Shown: in pieces, positions 1 through 8,771 of the stretch
Position numbering within the stretch: the stretch's first letter is position 1
Layout of the letters: every line of letters starts with the position of its first letter
IMG/VR virus record: IMGVR_UViG_3300001460_000004
Location: 1-64,000 of that record
Strand: one strand, 5' to 3'
DNA: 64,000 nucleotides
Translations under genes and position numbers: made by a program
The notes under the pieces: generated by a model
What the model was told of the DNA's origin: nothing
The model's input: only the letters and a program-made list of their open reading frames with translations
Databases searched by the model: none

Positions 1-2
1 TT

Positions 3-293
3 AAATTTGCAACTGCTGGCGGACGCGGCACACCAGAAGCAGGTAGCTACTTTGCTAATGAGCTTGCTAATTTTGATGATAGCTTTGAAGTTAAAGAAGG
101 TAGCAAGTATATCAAACTAATCCGAGGCGGAGGCGTTTGGGGCTTTATTGTTAACACTGATACAGACAAAAAGTTTGCTAAAGGTGANATACTAANNGCG
201 GCGGGTTACAATGCTCCTGCTAGAAACAAAGCTAGAGGTAACGTGTTTGGTGAGTATAGTGTTGCCTGGACCGGCCCACACTACTTGGTGTAA
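3..293 (+). CDS. conserved phage hypothetical protein, 5'-truncated (not in ORF track)
   Basis: Open frame from the window edge, ...KYIKLIRGGGVWGFIVNTDTDKKFAKGxILxAAGYNAPARNKARGNVF...WTGPHYLV*, stop at 291-293. Confidence 0.7.
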   Translation, partial: KFATAGGRGTPEAGSYFANELANFDDSFEVKEGSKYIKLIRGGGVWGFIVNTDTDKKFAKGXILXAAGYNAPARNKARGNVFGEYSVAWTGPHYLV

Positions 294-299
294 GGAAAC

Positions 300-809
300 T
301 TGATGACTGTTATTATAGATAAAGCAAGATACTTTGCAACTGCGGCACACGCCGCAGTTGGACAAGTAAGAAAATATGATGGTGCACCTTACATTGTTCA
401 CCCTCAGAGAGTTGCTGATACTGTTAAGCAATATGGTGGCACTGAACAAATGATTGCCGCTGCATACTTGCATGATGTTGTAGAGGACACAAATGTTGAT
501 ATGGATACTATCACTGGCATGTTCGGCAGTGTTGTTGCAAGTCTTGTTAAAGACCTTACAGATGTCAGTGTTGCTAGTGATGGTAACAGAGAAGCACGTA
601 AAGCCATTGACAGGCAACATACCGCAGACGCTAGTGCCGATGCACAGTTCATAAAATGTGCAGACATTATTGACAACGCTGCAGACATTGCTGATAACGA
701 TCCTAGCTTCTGGAAAGTTTATCAAAGAGAAATGTCACTATTGTTGGATGAAATGGTCCGTGTTAAAGGTACTGACATATACATGAAAGCATTGGCAAAT
801 ATTGGTTGA
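300..809 (+). CDS. HD-domain small alarmone hydrolase (Mesh1/SpoT-hydrolase-like)
   Basis: RKYDGAPYIVHP, AAYLHDVVEDT, LTD and KCADIIDN match RSH hydrolase motifs; no synthetase domain. Confidence 0.85.
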   Translation: MMTVIIDKARYFATAAHAAVGQVRKYDGAPYIVHPQRVADTVKQYGGTEQMIAAAYLHDVVEDTNVDMDTITGMFGSVVASLVKDLTDVSVASDGNREARKAIDRQHTADASADAQFIKCADIIDNAADIADNDPSFWKVYQREMSLLLDEMVRVKGTDIYMKALANIG

Positions 810-847
810 CATATTTGCCAATGTATGCTATATTATTAATATAAATA
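806..847 (+). promoter_or_regulatory. sigma70-type promoter plus T4-type late promoter
   Basis: TTGACA(806-811)-N17-TATATT(829-834) with extended TG; TATAAATA at 840-847. Confidence 0.7.
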
Positions 848-864
848 CTTGACGAGGATATAAA

Positions 865-1344
865 ATGAAAAATATATTTTACATAACAGCTCTTGCAGTA
901 GCATTAGGTGGAACTGTAGCCCAGGCAAATCAAACTAGTCCTGTTACGAATACTCACGTGAAGGATTTTTACAGAACTGAACAAATTCCAGTTCCGGTTA
1001 CACAGCGTATTTGCCGAGAAGTGCAGGTACCAACATACTACAATCAACAAGGAAATAACAACAACACTGCTAACACTATTGTTGGTGCACTCATTGGTGG
1101 AGCACTTGGTAATCAGGTAGGCGGCGGCAGTGGCAAAGATGCAATGACTGTTTTAGGTGCAATTGTTGGAGCAGATGTAGCTCGTAATAATACTAGACGA
1201 AATAATAATGTAGCTGGGTATCAAACCCAAACACAATGCACTAACGAAACAACATACAATTATAATACACAAACAGTGTATGACTATAGTATTATTACGT
1301 TTACACAAGATAACCAAACTCATAGGGTTAGATTTATTAAGTAA
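865..1344 (+). CDS. secreted glycine-zipper 2TM protein
   Basis: Signal peptide; GALIGGALGNQVGGGSGKDAMTVLGAIVG glycine zipper. Confidence 0.8.
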   Translation: MKNIFYITALAVALGGTVAQANQTSPVTNTHVKDFYRTEQIPVPVTQRICREVQVPTYYNQQGNNNNTANTIVGALIGGALGNQVGGGSGKDAMTVLGAIVGADVARNNTRRNNNVAGYQTQTQCTNETTYNYNTQTVYDYSIITFTQDNQTHRVRFIK

Positions 1345-1355
1345 TTTAGAAAGGC

Positions 1356-1748
1356 ATGAAAATCATGCTACATTTAAATAGAATATTAATAGTTTTTACG
1401 CTAGTGGCGTTTTCACTAGCGTATGTTAGTATGGCAAATGCACAGGAAGAAAATACAGCAAAACAATTTTATGCTAGCCAACCGTGCGATAATGCTGTAA
1501 CCATATTTAAAACCATTACACAATATAAAGAAAAATTATTATTCCAAGGGTTAGGACAACAATTTACATTGCCTAGTGGACAACTATTTTATGGAAAAAT
1601 GATGTTTTTTACTAATCAAGAGACTGGTAGTTTTACTATTGTTTCTGTATATCCAGATGGTGTTGCATGTATGGTTATGTCTGGAAAAGAATTTGAACCT
1701 TACATGGGTGAACAGCCGTATGATAAGGAACCTAGGTCAAAGGGGTGA
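1356..1748 (+). CDS. hypothetical secreted protein
   Basis: Signal peptide ending ANA; operon context. Confidence 0.6.
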   Translation: MKIMLHLNRILIVFTLVAFSLAYVSMANAQEENTAKQFYASQPCDNAVTIFKTITQYKEKLLFQGLGQQFTLPSGQLFYGKMMFFTNQETGSFTIVSVYPDGVACMVMSGKEFEPYMGEQPYDKEPRSKG

Positions 1749-1814
1749 AGTGTTATGGAAGCACGGGAGATTCCAAATCTTCAAGCTGGGGTTCGACTCC
1801 CTGCACCTCTGCCA
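1741..1814 (+). tRNA. trnW: tRNA-Trp(CCA)
   Basis: Acceptor AGGGGTG/CACCTCT, discriminator G, encoded CCA; anticodon stem GGAGA/TCTTC with loop TTCCAAA; T-loop GTTCGAC. Confidence 0.9.
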
Positions 1815-1829
1815 ACATAAATAATAATA

Positions 1830-2153
1830 ATGTTTAGGTGGTTTGCTAATACATATTTTAAAGAACACATTGACAATATTGTTGAAAAAAAATTTCACGA
1901 GAAATTAGTGGAAAGCTATCATGAAGCAAGGAAAGTACAGTTACAAAAAAGAATCCAAGCAGTTAGAAAAACTATCTCAGGAAAAATCTCAACAGAGACA
2001 CCTGGTGAGATACAAAGCACCAAAAAAACGTCGGCCTCCAACGAAGTATTGTCCAGTAGTAACATACGACGGAAAAACCAAGAACCCTCTACATCACAGT
2101 CGGATAATTCGTTACGGTTAATAAAAGATAAACTAAAGCCTAGAAGGAAATAA
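1830..2153 (+). CDS. hypothetical basic protein
   Basis: ORF with TAAATA 6 nt upstream of the ATG. Confidence 0.55.
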   Translation: MFRWFANTYFKEHIDNIVEKKFHEKLVESYHEARKVQLQKRIQAVRKTISGKISTETPGEIQSTKKTSASNEVLSSSNIRRKNQEPSTSQSDNSLRLIKDKLKPRRK

Positions 2154-2154
2154 T

Positions 2155-2352
2155 TTGTTTAGTAAAAAATGTAAATTACATTTAGAAGAAGTTGGTGAGA
2201 CACGATGGCAACATTTTAAACATGCTTGCTGGGTGTCTTGGCAACTTGAGAAGGCGGCATACGCATGTTTTATTCATGCGTTTGCACCACGCTGGTTCAC
2301 TACATATGCTAGTGACAAATGCAAAGAAGTATTAGACGTTAGGAAAAATTGA
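2155..2352 (+). CDS. small conserved protein (DUF6356-like)
   Basis: HLEEVGETRWQHF...IHAFAPRWFTTYASD pattern. Confidence 0.6.
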   Translation: MFSKKCKLHLEEVGETRWQHFKHACWVSWQLEKAAYACFIHAFAPRWFTTYASDKCKEVLDVRKN

Positions 2353-3020
2353 TGACAGTAAAACTAATAAGTCACAGTATGGCGTCAAAAGAACTTTTTG
2401 ATACTGACAGTAGTCTGCGTGATGCACAAGGGCTAATTGCGTTTTGTGCAAGAGTAAGTAACCCAACCAACCAAATGAACAGTGATACTAGTGAAAAACT
2501 TATTAAATATCTAATTAAACATGCACACTGGTCACCACTTGAAATGGTAAGTGCTTGTTTAGAGATTAATACAACACGTGATATTGCACATCAAATTGTT
2601 AGACATCGATCATTTGCATTCCAGGAATTTAGTCAGCGTTATGCAGATCCTAAAGACCAAGGTGAGCTATTTGAGTACAGCGAAGCACGTTTACAGGATA
2701 CTAAAAATAGACAAAACAGCATTGAAACAGATGATCGCGAATTACAAATGTGGTGGGATGCTCAACAAAAGTTTATTGCCGAAGCTGCAAAAAGCATTTA
2801 TGATAATGCTATTAGCAAAGGTCTAGCTAAAGAACAAGCACGTAAAGTACTACCCGAAGGTCTTACCAAAACACGATTGTATATGAATGGCACAATACGT
2901 AGTTGGGTTCATTATATTGAACTACGTGGCGCAAATGGTACACAAAAGGAACACATGGAAGTTGCACATGCTTGTGCAAAAGTAATTGCTGAGATATTTC
3001 CATTAGCCTCTGACATATAA
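2349..3020 (+). CDS. thyX: flavin-dependent thymidylate synthase
   Basis: HWSPLE and the RHRSFAFQEFSQRY ThyX motif; EQARKVLP. Confidence 0.97.
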   Translation: MMTVKLISHSMASKELFDTDSSLRDAQGLIAFCARVSNPTNQMNSDTSEKLIKYLIKHAHWSPLEMVSACLEINTTRDIAHQIVRHRSFAFQEFSQRYADPKDQGELFEYSEARLQDTKNRQNSIETDDRELQMWWDAQQKFIAEAAKSIYDNAISKGLAKEQARKVLPEGLTKTRLYMNGTIRSWVHYIELRGANGTQKEHMEVAHACAKVIAEIFPLASDI

Positions 3021-3042
3021 TTACCAAGTAAATTATTAAGTT

Positions 3043-3078
3043 AATTACGCATAATTTATTTTTGTGCGTAATTTTTTT
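3043..3078 (+). terminator. rho-independent terminator
   Basis: AATTACGCA...TGCGTAATT stem followed by a T-run after thyX. Confidence 0.65.
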
Positions 3079-3230
3079 GGTTTTTTACACATTTTTTTTA
3101 AATTTTAACCAAGTTTTTTGCAATAATATACCAAAAAATTTAATATGTGGTAAATAAAACTGTACAAACAAAGTTTATTAATTATAATAAACTTTTATTA
3201 CAATTCATATTACATTTAAGGAGACTCCAT

Positions 3231-3929
3231 ATGAAACTAGCAAGTGAATTTGTCGCTGACATTGTTGCCGACAATCAAGCACTATTTGACGCAAGCAAAA
3301 GTAATGTTAAAGCATACTTTGAAGCAAATCCAGATCAAAATGATCAAGTTGAACATTTTATCGGCCGCATGGTCAACGAACGCATGAACATGAGTGAAAT
3401 CAGTCGTGCAATTAGTAATGCCCCAGCAGATACACCTGCAGAAGAACTCGAATTGCTTGCCAAGCAAGCACAAGACGAAGCTCGTCACTTCCGTATGGTC
3501 AAAGAAGTAATTGAGCACATCAAAGGTGAAGAAATTGACGTAGCCGCAGCTATCGAAGCTGAAGCTGCAAAGCCTACTGCTAAAGGTGCAGACTTGTTGG
3601 AAAAATATGGTGCACAAGATGATGAAGCAGCACTTGCTGCATATCAGTTAGTAGCTGAAGGTCGTGCAGAAGCTGTATGGGATCAAATGGCTGACAGCAT
3701 CGAAGACAAGTATATTGCTAGTCGTTATGCAAAAATTGCACGTGATGAAGGTTTTCATGCTACACTAGGAGCACGTAAACTTGAGCAACTAGCAACCAAC
3801 GAAGAAACACAAACTCGTGTGATCGATATTGTAGATCGGATGCGTAAAGACTTATACGATGTAAGTTGCAAAAACACCACTTCAACCGAAGATGGAGCAA
3901 AACTCATTTCGGATGCTTACGGTTGGTAA
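3231..3929 (+). CDS. ferritin-like diiron-carboxylate protein
   Basis: E...DEARH and E...DEGFH paired ExxH motifs; AGGAG RBS supports a start at 3231. Confidence 0.8.
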   Translation: MKLASEFVADIVADNQALFDASKSNVKAYFEANPDQNDQVEHFIGRMVNERMNMSEISRAISNAPADTPAEELELLAKQAQDEARHFRMVKEVIEHIKGEEIDVAAAIEAEAAKPTAKGADLLEKYGAQDDEAALAAYQLVAEGRAEAVWDQMADSIEDKYIASRYAKIARDEGFHATLGARKLEQLATNEETQTRVIDIVDRMRKDLYDVSCKNTTSTEDGAKLISDAYGW

Positions 3930-4493
3930 ATGAATATAGGCTTATCCCAACGGATATTGCATTATAACAACACAGCGTATGATTGCTTAGAACATGGATG
4001 GCACAGTCTATTAAGCAATCATACGCTTTTTTCAATCCCAAACATACTAGAAGTTGATCACAAAGAAACTGTAAGAGCATGTGATTTAATTGTGTTTACA
4101 GGAGGGGATGCCAGTGCAATGCGAACCATTACCGAAACACGATTGCTTACAGAATGCTACCAACAGAATACTGCTGTACTTGGTGTTTGCCATGGAGCAT
4201 TGTTTATCAATCAGTTAGAAGGTGGAGCCAATACCGAATGTGAAAACCACAGTGGAACACAGCACTCAGTAACACTAGATGGTGCAAAACAAATGGTAAA
4301 CAGTTATCACTCCTTTGCAATTGAACAATTAGCATCAAAATTGATACCAACTGGATGGGCAGATGATAAAAGCATAGAATCATTTAAACATCAAGCATTG
4401 AATGTGTGGGGGTTGATTTGGCACCCTGAAAGAATGAAGCAACCCGTTTTACCAATGGACCTAAGGAGGTTTTTAAATGAACGGAATGATTAA
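3930..4493 (+). CDS. class I glutamine amidotransferase / peptidase C26-like
   Basis: TGG, GVCHG nucleophile, VNSYH, WHPE. Confidence 0.9.
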   Translation: MNIGLSQRILHYNNTAYDCLEHGWHSLLSNHTLFSIPNILEVDHKETVRACDLIVFTGGDASAMRTITETRLLTECYQQNTAVLGVCHGALFINQLEGGANTECENHSGTQHSVTLDGAKQMVNSYHSFAIEQLASKLIPTGWADDKSIESFKHQALNVWGLIWHPERMKQPVLPMDLRRFLNERND

Positions 4494-5145
4494 CGTAAAA
4501 CAAACACTTGCTGTACAAGATAGATGGAATCTTAAAATTACCAAAGTTGCTGAAGGCGAAGTTGTAGACTTTAAACCCAAAGGCAGTGCTTATGTAATGA
4601 TGAGAAATGCTGGTTTTAAAAATAAAAATATAAACTTGCATCGTGCAAATGCTTGTGTGAATATATGGGATAACTTTTCTATAGATTGTTCATTGGGACC
4701 AAGTAGTGCATGCGTAATTGAATATCCTGGGTTATGCCCACAAGAAGCAAGAGTTTATATACAAAACAATTTAGATATAGGTAACCTTAGTTACATAGAT
4801 GGTGGATCAAATACCACAGCCATCAATCCTGGGAGACTAGGAGATCCAGTTGTTAATTATGTACACTTTCCTGCACACATGTATCAAACTTTGCACACAC
4901 ATCCAAGTCATAGAATAGGTTTTATACTAAAAGGAAATGGCAGAGTAGAGTTAGACAACAATCAGTTTCACCATATAAACGAAGGTGACATTTTTTACAT
5001 GCGCCGTAATACATTACATAATTTTATATGCGACGATGAAGATGTAATACTGTTTGTATTTGCGCCTGATAGTGGCACAGGCCCTACTGATGAAGTTAAC
5101 CCTCTTAAAATAAGAACATACATAGGACAGCAAAGACATGTCTAA
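4477..5145 (+). CDS. cupin-domain protein
   Basis: QTLHTHPSHRIG...G.G and EGD...H cupin metal-binding motifs. Confidence 0.8.
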   Translation: MNGMINVKQTLAVQDRWNLKITKVAEGEVVDFKPKGSAYVMMRNAGFKNKNINLHRANACVNIWDNFSIDCSLGPSSACVIEYPGLCPQEARVYIQNNLDIGNLSYIDGGSNTTAINPGRLGDPVVNYVHFPAHMYQTLHTHPSHRIGFILKGNGRVELDNNQFHHINEGDIFYMRRNTLHNFICDDEDVILFVFAPDSGTGPTDEVNPLKIRTYIGQQRHV

Positions 5146-5797
5146 CAAACGATTATTAATCGTAACAGGACCACAAGGAAGTGGTAATCATGTGTTTAGT
5201 CGCTTGTTTAGTTTACACCCTTTTGTTAAAGGGTGGGATGCATTGCAAGACGAATATTGGATACCCAGTGATCTTGAACCATTTGCTGATTATTGGGTAA
5301 ACCCTGAAAGATTAGATGAGTTTGACTTTTCGTTGTGTGATTACTGGGTAGCTAATGTAAGTGTTCCTTTTGTGTATGACGGAGTTAAACAAGTACCTAA
5401 AATTTTAGAGTTTGCTAATAAATGTAAACAATTGGGCATTGAAGTTGTGATTGCTATAATTGTACGAGATCAAAACATAAACAGCGAGCAACAAAAACGA
5501 GTACGAAACGAAATAACATTACCAATAGCACAGAATTATTATTACACGCAATTATTACCTAGTGAGTTTAATGTACATTTTTTAGATCACGAAGCATTTT
5601 TCTTACATCGCGATCACTATCTCAAATACTGCGAAAATATACTAAAGTTTCCTGTTGCATGGTACGATGAAAAGATAACCGATTTCATTGACAAAGATGC
5701 TAATTCCAAGTATGTTAAATATGTAGATGAATACTGGCTAGATGAACAAGTTTGGCACGGTATTCAAAAGAAAGAAGACCGAGCAATACCGAAATAA
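5138..5797 (+). CDS. P-loop protein, sulfotransferase/kinase-like
   Basis: LLIVTGPQGSGNH at the N-terminus; IIVRD. Confidence 0.55.
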   Translation: MSNKRLLIVTGPQGSGNHVFSRLFSLHPFVKGWDALQDEYWIPSDLEPFADYWVNPERLDEFDFSLCDYWVANVSVPFVYDGVKQVPKILEFANKCKQLGIEVVIAIIVRDQNINSEQQKRVRNEITLPIAQNYYYTQLLPSEFNVHFLDHEAFFLHRDHYLKYCENILKFPVAWYDEKITDFIDKDANSKYVKYVDEYWLDEQVWHGIQKKEDRAIPK

Positions 5798-5807
5798 GTA
5801 TTTCGTA

Positions 5808-5897
5808 GGACAGTTGGCTGAGAGGTTTAAAGCACCGGTTTACTAAACCGACGAAGGTTAACGCCTTCCCAGGGTTCGAATCCCTGACTGTCCGCCA
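5808..5897 (+). tRNA. trnS: tRNA-Ser with anticodon ACT
   Basis: GGACAGT/ACTGTCC acceptor, G73, CCA; long variable arm GAAGG/CCTTC; anticodon loop TTACTAA. Confidence 0.85.
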
Positions 5898-5975
5898 GAA
5901 TGGGGTCACTACCTAATAAGTGCGTGGGAGGCCACGGTAAGCCTCCCAACTTAATTTAAGATAAGGAACAAGTAG

Positions 5976-6395
5976 TTGGGCAGTAACAAATTTCATTTAG
6001 CCATTGAAGCAGGTCATTTAGTAACAACAATCCCTTTTTATACCGATATACTAGGATGTAAATTAGATATGTACGAAGAAGGTAAATGGCAAGACATAGA
6101 CTTTTGGGGCAATGAATTAACGTTACATCAAAGCGAACCTAGGCCAAACAAAGGTCCGGAACGGAGTCGGCATAGTGTTGATATGGGGGAAGTGTGCGTA
6201 CCACATTTAGGTATACACTTGCCGCTAGACGAATATACACAAGTAAAAGCACGAGTTGAATTAACTGTTGGGTTTTTAGATAAACCATATACACGATTTG
6301 CAGATAATAATGAATATCAGCAAGAAACTTTTTTCGTTGAAGATCCTAATTACAATGTAATTGAAATTAAAAGTATGATGAAAGATGAAAAGTAA
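5976..6395 (+). CDS. VOC/glyoxalase-family protein (COG3565-like)
   Basis: FHLAI, FYTDILGC, DFWGNELTLH, VPHLG, DPNYNVIEIK. Confidence 0.85.
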   Translation: MGSNKFHLAIEAGHLVTTIPFYTDILGCKLDMYEEGKWQDIDFWGNELTLHQSEPRPNKGPERSRHSVDMGEVCVPHLGIHLPLDEYTQVKARVELTVGFLDKPYTRFADNNEYQQETFFVEDPNYNVIEIKSMMKDEK

Positions 6396-6599
6396 ATGGC
6401 AACAGGAAGATCAAAAAAATCTAAAAAATTATTAAATGTGTTTAACCTTGCAACTTATGGACAAAGAGACCTTGTCAAGGTACTAGACGAGACTAATTAC
6501 GCTCTCACAGAATGTCAATTGTCTCAACTAACATGCCCCGAATGTCGAGCCGAATTAGGACATGGAGATTTTTGTCCTAATTGTCGAGTACGGCGCTAA
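6396..6599 (+). CDS. small zinc-ribbon protein
   Basis: CPEC...CPNC at the C-terminus. Confidence 0.5.
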   Translation: MATGRSKKSKKLLNVFNLATYGQRDLVKVLDETNYALTECQLSQLTCPECRAELGHGDFCPNCRVRR

Positions 6600-6638
6600 A
6601 AGGTAAATATATGTAACATAAACCAAGGAACAATTAAA

Positions 6639-6980
6639 ATGCAACAAGTCCCAACTAATCCACCCACACCAACTACTGATGNAAGTATTGCCCCTACTCC
6701 TAATATGCAATACTTTACAATCGATTATATAAATGCAATTAACGGCTCAGCTGGTCCTAGAGGAGCCCAACAAGCAGTAATAACACAAGTGTTACTAACA
6801 GCAACATGTCTTGATGTTGGTCCACTTGGAAATAGCAATACTGAACAAACCTTTTGTACAGAAGTTGACTCAGTTGACGTGTCAGACTTGCAAGCCCGTG
6901 TCAGAGCACTTGGTACATATGATGGTATAGATTTGTCGTCAGCGACAGTTACAGCAAAAGACCTTTATATATCAGTATAA
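6639..6980 (+). CDS. hypothetical late protein (possibly virion)
   Basis: TAAATA at ~6604, AAGGA RBS, Thr/Pro-rich N-terminus. Confidence 0.55.
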   Translation: MQQVPTNPPTPTTDXSIAPTPNMQYFTIDYINAINGSAGPRGAQQAVITQVLLTATCLDVGPLGNSNTEQTFCTEVDSVDVSDLQARVRALGTYDGIDLSSATVTAKDLYISV

Positions 6981-6986
6981 TAAAAC

Positions 6987-7559
6987 ATGAATCAAACATT
7001 TATTCCTAAACGGTGGGAAAAGGAAGAGTATCAATCACGAGCTCACACTGTTTTTGAACAAGTTGATTCGTATCTTTCTACTCCCCCCAAACGTATACTT
7101 GATATTGGCTGTGGGTATGCATATATTAGTCAGCAGTTTCAAAAAAAGTATGGGACTGAGCTGTGGCTACTTGAAGGTGACTTTAATGCAACCAATGACC
7201 GCGAACGCAAAGCTAGTTGGGGTGATGTTGATACTATGAAGTTCTATTTGCCGGTTAAACAGTTAAAGAAATACTGGGACGATCAAAACATTTTGTATAA
7301 TTTTGTAGATGCTAACAATATACATATTAACAATAATTTAACATTTGATTTTGTTTGCAGTTGGTTAAGTTGCGGATATCATTATCCAGTTGCCACATAC
7401 CAATCATTAATTAAAAAACACACTAACAGTTCTAGTGTTATTATTATGGATATTAGAACAAAAACATTAAACAAGCAACAAAGTATAGAAGTTGTAAAGA
7501 AATTAGATCACGACAGTGGTAAAAGAAGTCGTTTACATTATAAATTTAAAACAAACTAG
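6987..7559 (+). CDS. class I SAM-dependent methyltransferase
   Basis: ILDIGCG motif I; FDFVCSW..C GYHY. Confidence 0.85.
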   Translation: MNQTFIPKRWEKEEYQSRAHTVFEQVDSYLSTPPKRILDIGCGYAYISQQFQKKYGTELWLLEGDFNATNDRERKASWGDVDTMKFYLPVKQLKKYWDDQNILYNFVDANNIHINNNLTFDFVCSWLSCGYHYPVATYQSLIKKHTNSSSVIIMDIRTKTLNKQQSIEVVKKLDHDSGKRSRLHYKFKTN

Positions 7560-8766
7560 TTAATTCAGGCAAGAAATCTTGTATGTTACACTTTTTCATT
7601 TTGTCCTGTAATACTATATTTTTCAAAGCTCTTTTAAACAACAGCTCGTCTTGAAATGAATGATTGTCTAAATGCATACGTATAGTTGCACTATCTGTAC
7701 ATGATAATATTGTTTGTTTTATATCTTCCCTTAATGCTCTTGCACTAAAATAATCAGGAGAATATACTGGATTTTCCAAAAATGGAATACTGTGATCATT
7801 AAACCATTGAGCTGTTTGTTCATGATACAAAATATTTAAGTTACTAATTGTATAACTTGCACTTACCATTATACCTTTATCTTGTGCAATTTTAATATTA
7901 TCAACTGTTTGATCCCAACTTAATGGATATCGCATGTATTCAAAAACTTTGCCAGTACCATCCATACTAAAACAAAAGTTTAAATTTGAAAATTGATCAA
8001 GTATGTGTTGTTGTTTTGTTGTTGGCACAAAAGATCCATTTGTTACAAAACTTATACAACACTCAGTGTTGCCAGCGGAAATTAGTTTGCGTAGTATATC
8101 CCAATTGGTTCTAATCATTGTAGGTTCGCCACCAGTAAATCCAATAAACTTTGCAGTTTTATAGTCAATGTCAATACTATCGTGATATTCTTTAACTAAG
8201 TTTACTTCGGGTATATTGGTATTGTTGTATGCGTTCTCTAGTTTTCCCCATCCACTACTACTACCTTTATTGCATGTAACACATGTAGCATTACAAAAAT
8301 TTCCAGCATCAATCTTATAATGAGTAATTACACTTTTACCAGTTTCAGCAATACGATACAATTCTAATAAATCAGTATTGGTGTAATAATCAAGTGTTGA
8401 ATTTTTAATCTGCCTATCGCTCATACGCCCAGCATCTTCTAAGCGCCAACATGCACTACACTGGTTATTTCGTTTGTTTTTTAACAAGTCTTGTTGTATT
8501 GATTCGATATCATACCCAGTTGGCAACTGACAGCAATGTACATCAGCAGGATATTCTCTACCATAAAATGGTAATACACAAAAATTTGTAATGTTGTCTA
8601 ATTGTTGCTGGTGCGATCCTAACATTTGATCTATTTCTTTAGCAACAAATGGTTCAAGATTAATACCAGATGCAAAATCTTTGTATGCAGGCCAATCCTC
8701 GCCAGACATTGCAACATAATCATTTTCGTTTATATTTTGATAGCGAGGTTTTTGTTTTACTTGCAT
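7546..8766 (-). CDS. radical SAM enzyme with N-terminal twitch/SPASM-like Cys cluster
   Basis: FCVLPF..CC..CSACW, CNATCVTC, GGEP, TNG, SMDG..YMRYP. Confidence 0.9.
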   Translation of the reverse strand: MQVKQKPRYQNINENDYVAMSGEDWPAYKDFASGINLEPFVAKEIDQMLGSHQQQLDNITNFCVLPFYGREYPADVHCCQLPTGYDIESIQQDLLKNKRNNQCSACWRLEDAGRMSDRQIKNSTLDYYTNTDLLELYRIAETGKSVITHYKIDAGNFCNATCVTCNKGSSSGWGKLENAYNNTNIPEVNLVKEYHDSIDIDYKTAKFIGFTGGEPTMIRTNWDILRKLISAGNTECCISFVTNGSFVPTTKQQHILDQFSNLNFCFSMDGTGKVFEYMRYPLSWDQTVDNIKIAQDKGIMVSASYTISNLNILYHEQTAQWFNDHSIPFLENPVYSPDYFSARALREDIKQTILSCTDSATIRMHLDNHSFQDELLFKRALKNIVLQDKMKKCNIQDFLPELTSLF

Positions 8767-8771
8767 TCGTA

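Noticed and set aside
192-725. Numerous alternative or antisense ORFs in the track (e.g. 192-725, 10073-10453, 18376-18936, 43639-44037)
   Set aside because: They overlap well-supported genes on the opposite strand or in another frame and show no recognisable motifs.
1741-1814. tRNA-Gly(TCC) reading
   Set aside because: The stem register gives loop TTCCAAA (anticodon CCA), and G73 fits Trp.
5808-5897. Amber suppressor (CTA) reading of the tRNA, implying stop-codon recoding
   Set aside because: Centring CTA breaks the anticodon stem and removes U33. ORFs are intact under code 11, and TAG ends some genes.
5898-5950. tRNA-associated HDV-like (theta) ribozyme
   Set aside because: I could not find a P1 partner for the bases after CCA or the nested double pseudoknot. 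Kept only as an unassigned structured element.
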